From Bacteroidales bacterium (GTDB taxonomy: Bacteria > Bacteroidota > Bacteroidia > Bacteroidales > UBA12077), in assembly GCA_028282585.1 (NCBI GenBank), contig JANQHR010000097.1, positions 1 to 64,000 on the forward strand: DNA of 64,000 nucleotides, read 5' to 3'. This document shows positions 62,430 to 64,000 of this stretch, piece by piece. The translations under genes were made by a program, and so were the position numbers. Positions within the stretch are counted from its first letter, which is position 1. The number at the start of each line of letters is the position of its first letter. Below the pieces are notes generated by a model that was not told where the DNA came from, did not search any database, and saw only the letters and a program-made list of their open reading frames with translations.

Positions 62430-64000
62430 ATGAACAATCAACTATTTCAATTTGCAGATGTAATTCTTCCATTGCCTTTAAAGCAACTGTTTACTTATAG
62501 CATTCCATTTAGCATAGCAAAAGAAATTGAAGTTGGTAAGAGAGTTATTGTTCAATTTGGAGCAAGAAAGATTTATACGTCAATTATTTATTCAATTCAT
62601 AATAATGCTCCAAAAGAATATAAAACTAAAAATATCATTTCAATTCTTGATGAAAAACCAATTATAAATAAGTTCCAATTAGAACTTTGGCAATGGATAG
62701 CTGATTATTACATGTGCTCCGTAGGTGATGTTTTTAAAGCCGCTTTACCATCAGGACTAAAGTTAGAAAGCGAAACTAAGGTTATTTATAATCCTGAAAA
62801 CATTGATCAAAAGAGATTTACCTCAGCAGAAACATTATTACTTGATTATTTATCAAATAAAAACATAGCCAGTATATCGGAAATATCAAAAGTTTTAAAT
62901 AAGAAAGATTCGCTTCCAATCATTAAATCTCTTTTAGATAAACAAGCTGTTATCCTTGAGGAAAAACTTCGCGAAAACTACAAACCAAAAACAGAAAGTT
63001 ATATAAAACTTCATGAAGATATACATACTGAAACGAAGCTAAACGACATTTTTGACTCACTAAACCGTGCGCCCAAACAACTTCATACGTTAATGAGCTA
63101 TATTAAACTTTCAGGTAGCTTTATGAAATCCGGTAAAGTTTCTGAAGTTACTAAAAAATCATTGGTTGATGATTCAAAATCAAGTTCTACAATTATCAAA
63201 TCATTAATTGAAAAGAACATATTAAGCGAATATGATAAAAATGTAAGTCGGTTAAATGAAGATATTTTTGAAGAAAATGAAATGAAAAAATTATCTGATC
63301 CACAACGAAAGGCATTTGATTCAATTAACAATCAGTTTAAAGAAAAGGATGTTGTTTTATTACATGGCATTACTTCTAGCGGAAAAACCGAAATTTATAT
63401 TCACTTAATTAAAGAACAACTGGAACAAGGTAAGCAAGTATTATATTTATTGCCGGAAATTGCATTAACTGCTCAAATCATAAATCGCTTGAAATCAGTT
63501 TTTGGAAATAGAGTTGGTATTTACCATTCAAAATTTAGCGATTCGGAAAGAGTTGAAGTGTACCAAAACATTATAGAACCAACCGAAAAACTTAAATATG
63601 ATGTGATTTTAGGAGTAAGATCATCGCTTTTACTACCATTCTCAAATCTAGGTTTGGTAATTGTTGATGAAGAACACGAAAACACATATAAACAGTATGA
63701 TCCTGCTCCTCGATATAATGCAAGAGATTGTTCGATCGTTTTGGCGCAAATGCATAAGGCTAAAGTTTTATTAGGAACCGCAACACCTTCTATAGAAAGT
63801 TTTTTTAATGCACAAACTGAGAAGTATGGCTTTGTAGAATTAAGTACAAGGTATCAAAGTATAAAATTACCTGAAATTCATTTAGTAGATATTTTAAGAG
63901 CAAAAAAAAGGAAAGAAATGCGTTCGCATTTTACTCCTGCTTTAATTGATAGCATAAAGGATTCATTAGCATTGAACGAACAAGTTATCTTGTTTCAGAA
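62430..64000 (+). CDS. priA: Primosomal protein N' (replication restart helicase), 3'-truncated; absent from the ORF track
   Basis: Translated by hand from ATG 62430: MNNQLFQFADVILPLPL..FTY..GKRVIVQFG; WIADYYMC; Walker A LHGITSSGKTEIY; LLPEIAL; IVDEEHE; ends QVILFQ at the window edge. Confidence 0.95.
   Translation, partial: MNNQLFQFADVILPLPLKQLFTYSIPFSIAKEIEVGKRVIVQFGARKIYTSIIYSIHNNAPKEYKTKNIISILDEKPIINKFQLELWQWIADYYMCSVGDVFKAALPSGLKLESETKVIYNPENIDQKRFTSAETLLLDYLSNKNIASISEISKVLNKKDSLPIIKSLLDKQAVILEEKLRENYKPKTESYIKLHEDIHTETKLNDIFDSLNRAPKQLHTLMSYIKLSGSFMKSGKVSEVTKKSLVDDSKSSSTIIKSLIEKNILSEYDKNVSRLNEDIFEENEMKKLSDPQRKAFDSINNQFKEKDVVLLHGITSSGKTEIYIHLIKEQLEQGKQVLYLLPEIALTAQIINRLKSVFGNRVGIYHSKFSDSERVEVYQNIIEPTEKLKYDVILGVRSSLLLPFSNLGLVIVDEEHENTYKQYDPAPRYNARDCSIVLAQMHKAKVLLGTATPSIESFFNAQTEKYGFVELSTRYQSIKLPEIHLVDILRAKKRKEMRSHFTPALIDSIKDSLALNEQVILFQ

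Noticed and set aside
63098-63331. 77-aa minus-strand ORF
   Set aside because: Antisense to priA, which is open on the plus strand from 62430 to the window end.
1-64000. CRISPR arrays, rRNA, intact transposases, prophage or defence genes
   Set aside because: No regularly spaced repeats of CRISPR size and no such ORFs were seen by eye. Small structured RNAs cannot be excluded without a covariance search.

Overview
AT-rich chromosomal window from a Bacteroidota bacterium, probably Bacteroidales/Marinilabiliales-like. Evidence: TAnnTTTG promoter boxes, a short [13 protein letters not shown]-type sigma70 and a PorQ-like gene. Most of it is housekeeping: lon, type B L31, tRNA-His, an acn-icd-citrate synthase operon, pepT, cmk, ispH and a 3'-truncated priA. 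The best candidate for an undescribed system is a tightly packed five-gene minus-strand terpenoid operon (1865-8104). It encodes an HdrA-N-like/2x[4Fe-4S] ferredoxin, a radical SAM enzyme, a Cys-rich DUF116-like domain fused to a probably long-chain polyprenyl synthase, a prenyltransferase-beta-repeat protein, and a squalene-hopene-cyclase-like class II cyclase with an intact DxDD. No squalene synthase (hpnCDE/sqs) is present in the window. Other points of interest: (1) a respiratory block with a Cu/heme-O maturation operon, an A2-type cytochrome c oxidase and a divergent alternative complex III; (2) an orphan double-glycine, Cys-rich peptide gene lying between an RNA methyltransferase gene and a diverged copy of that gene's 3' end, which looks like an integration scar; (3) a PlcP-like phosphoesterase/glycosyltransferase/DAG-kinase lipid module with a tandem TTAACA box; (4) several intergenic inverted arrays of 7-8-nt repeats. 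All family assignments come from motif recognition by eye; no database searches were run.
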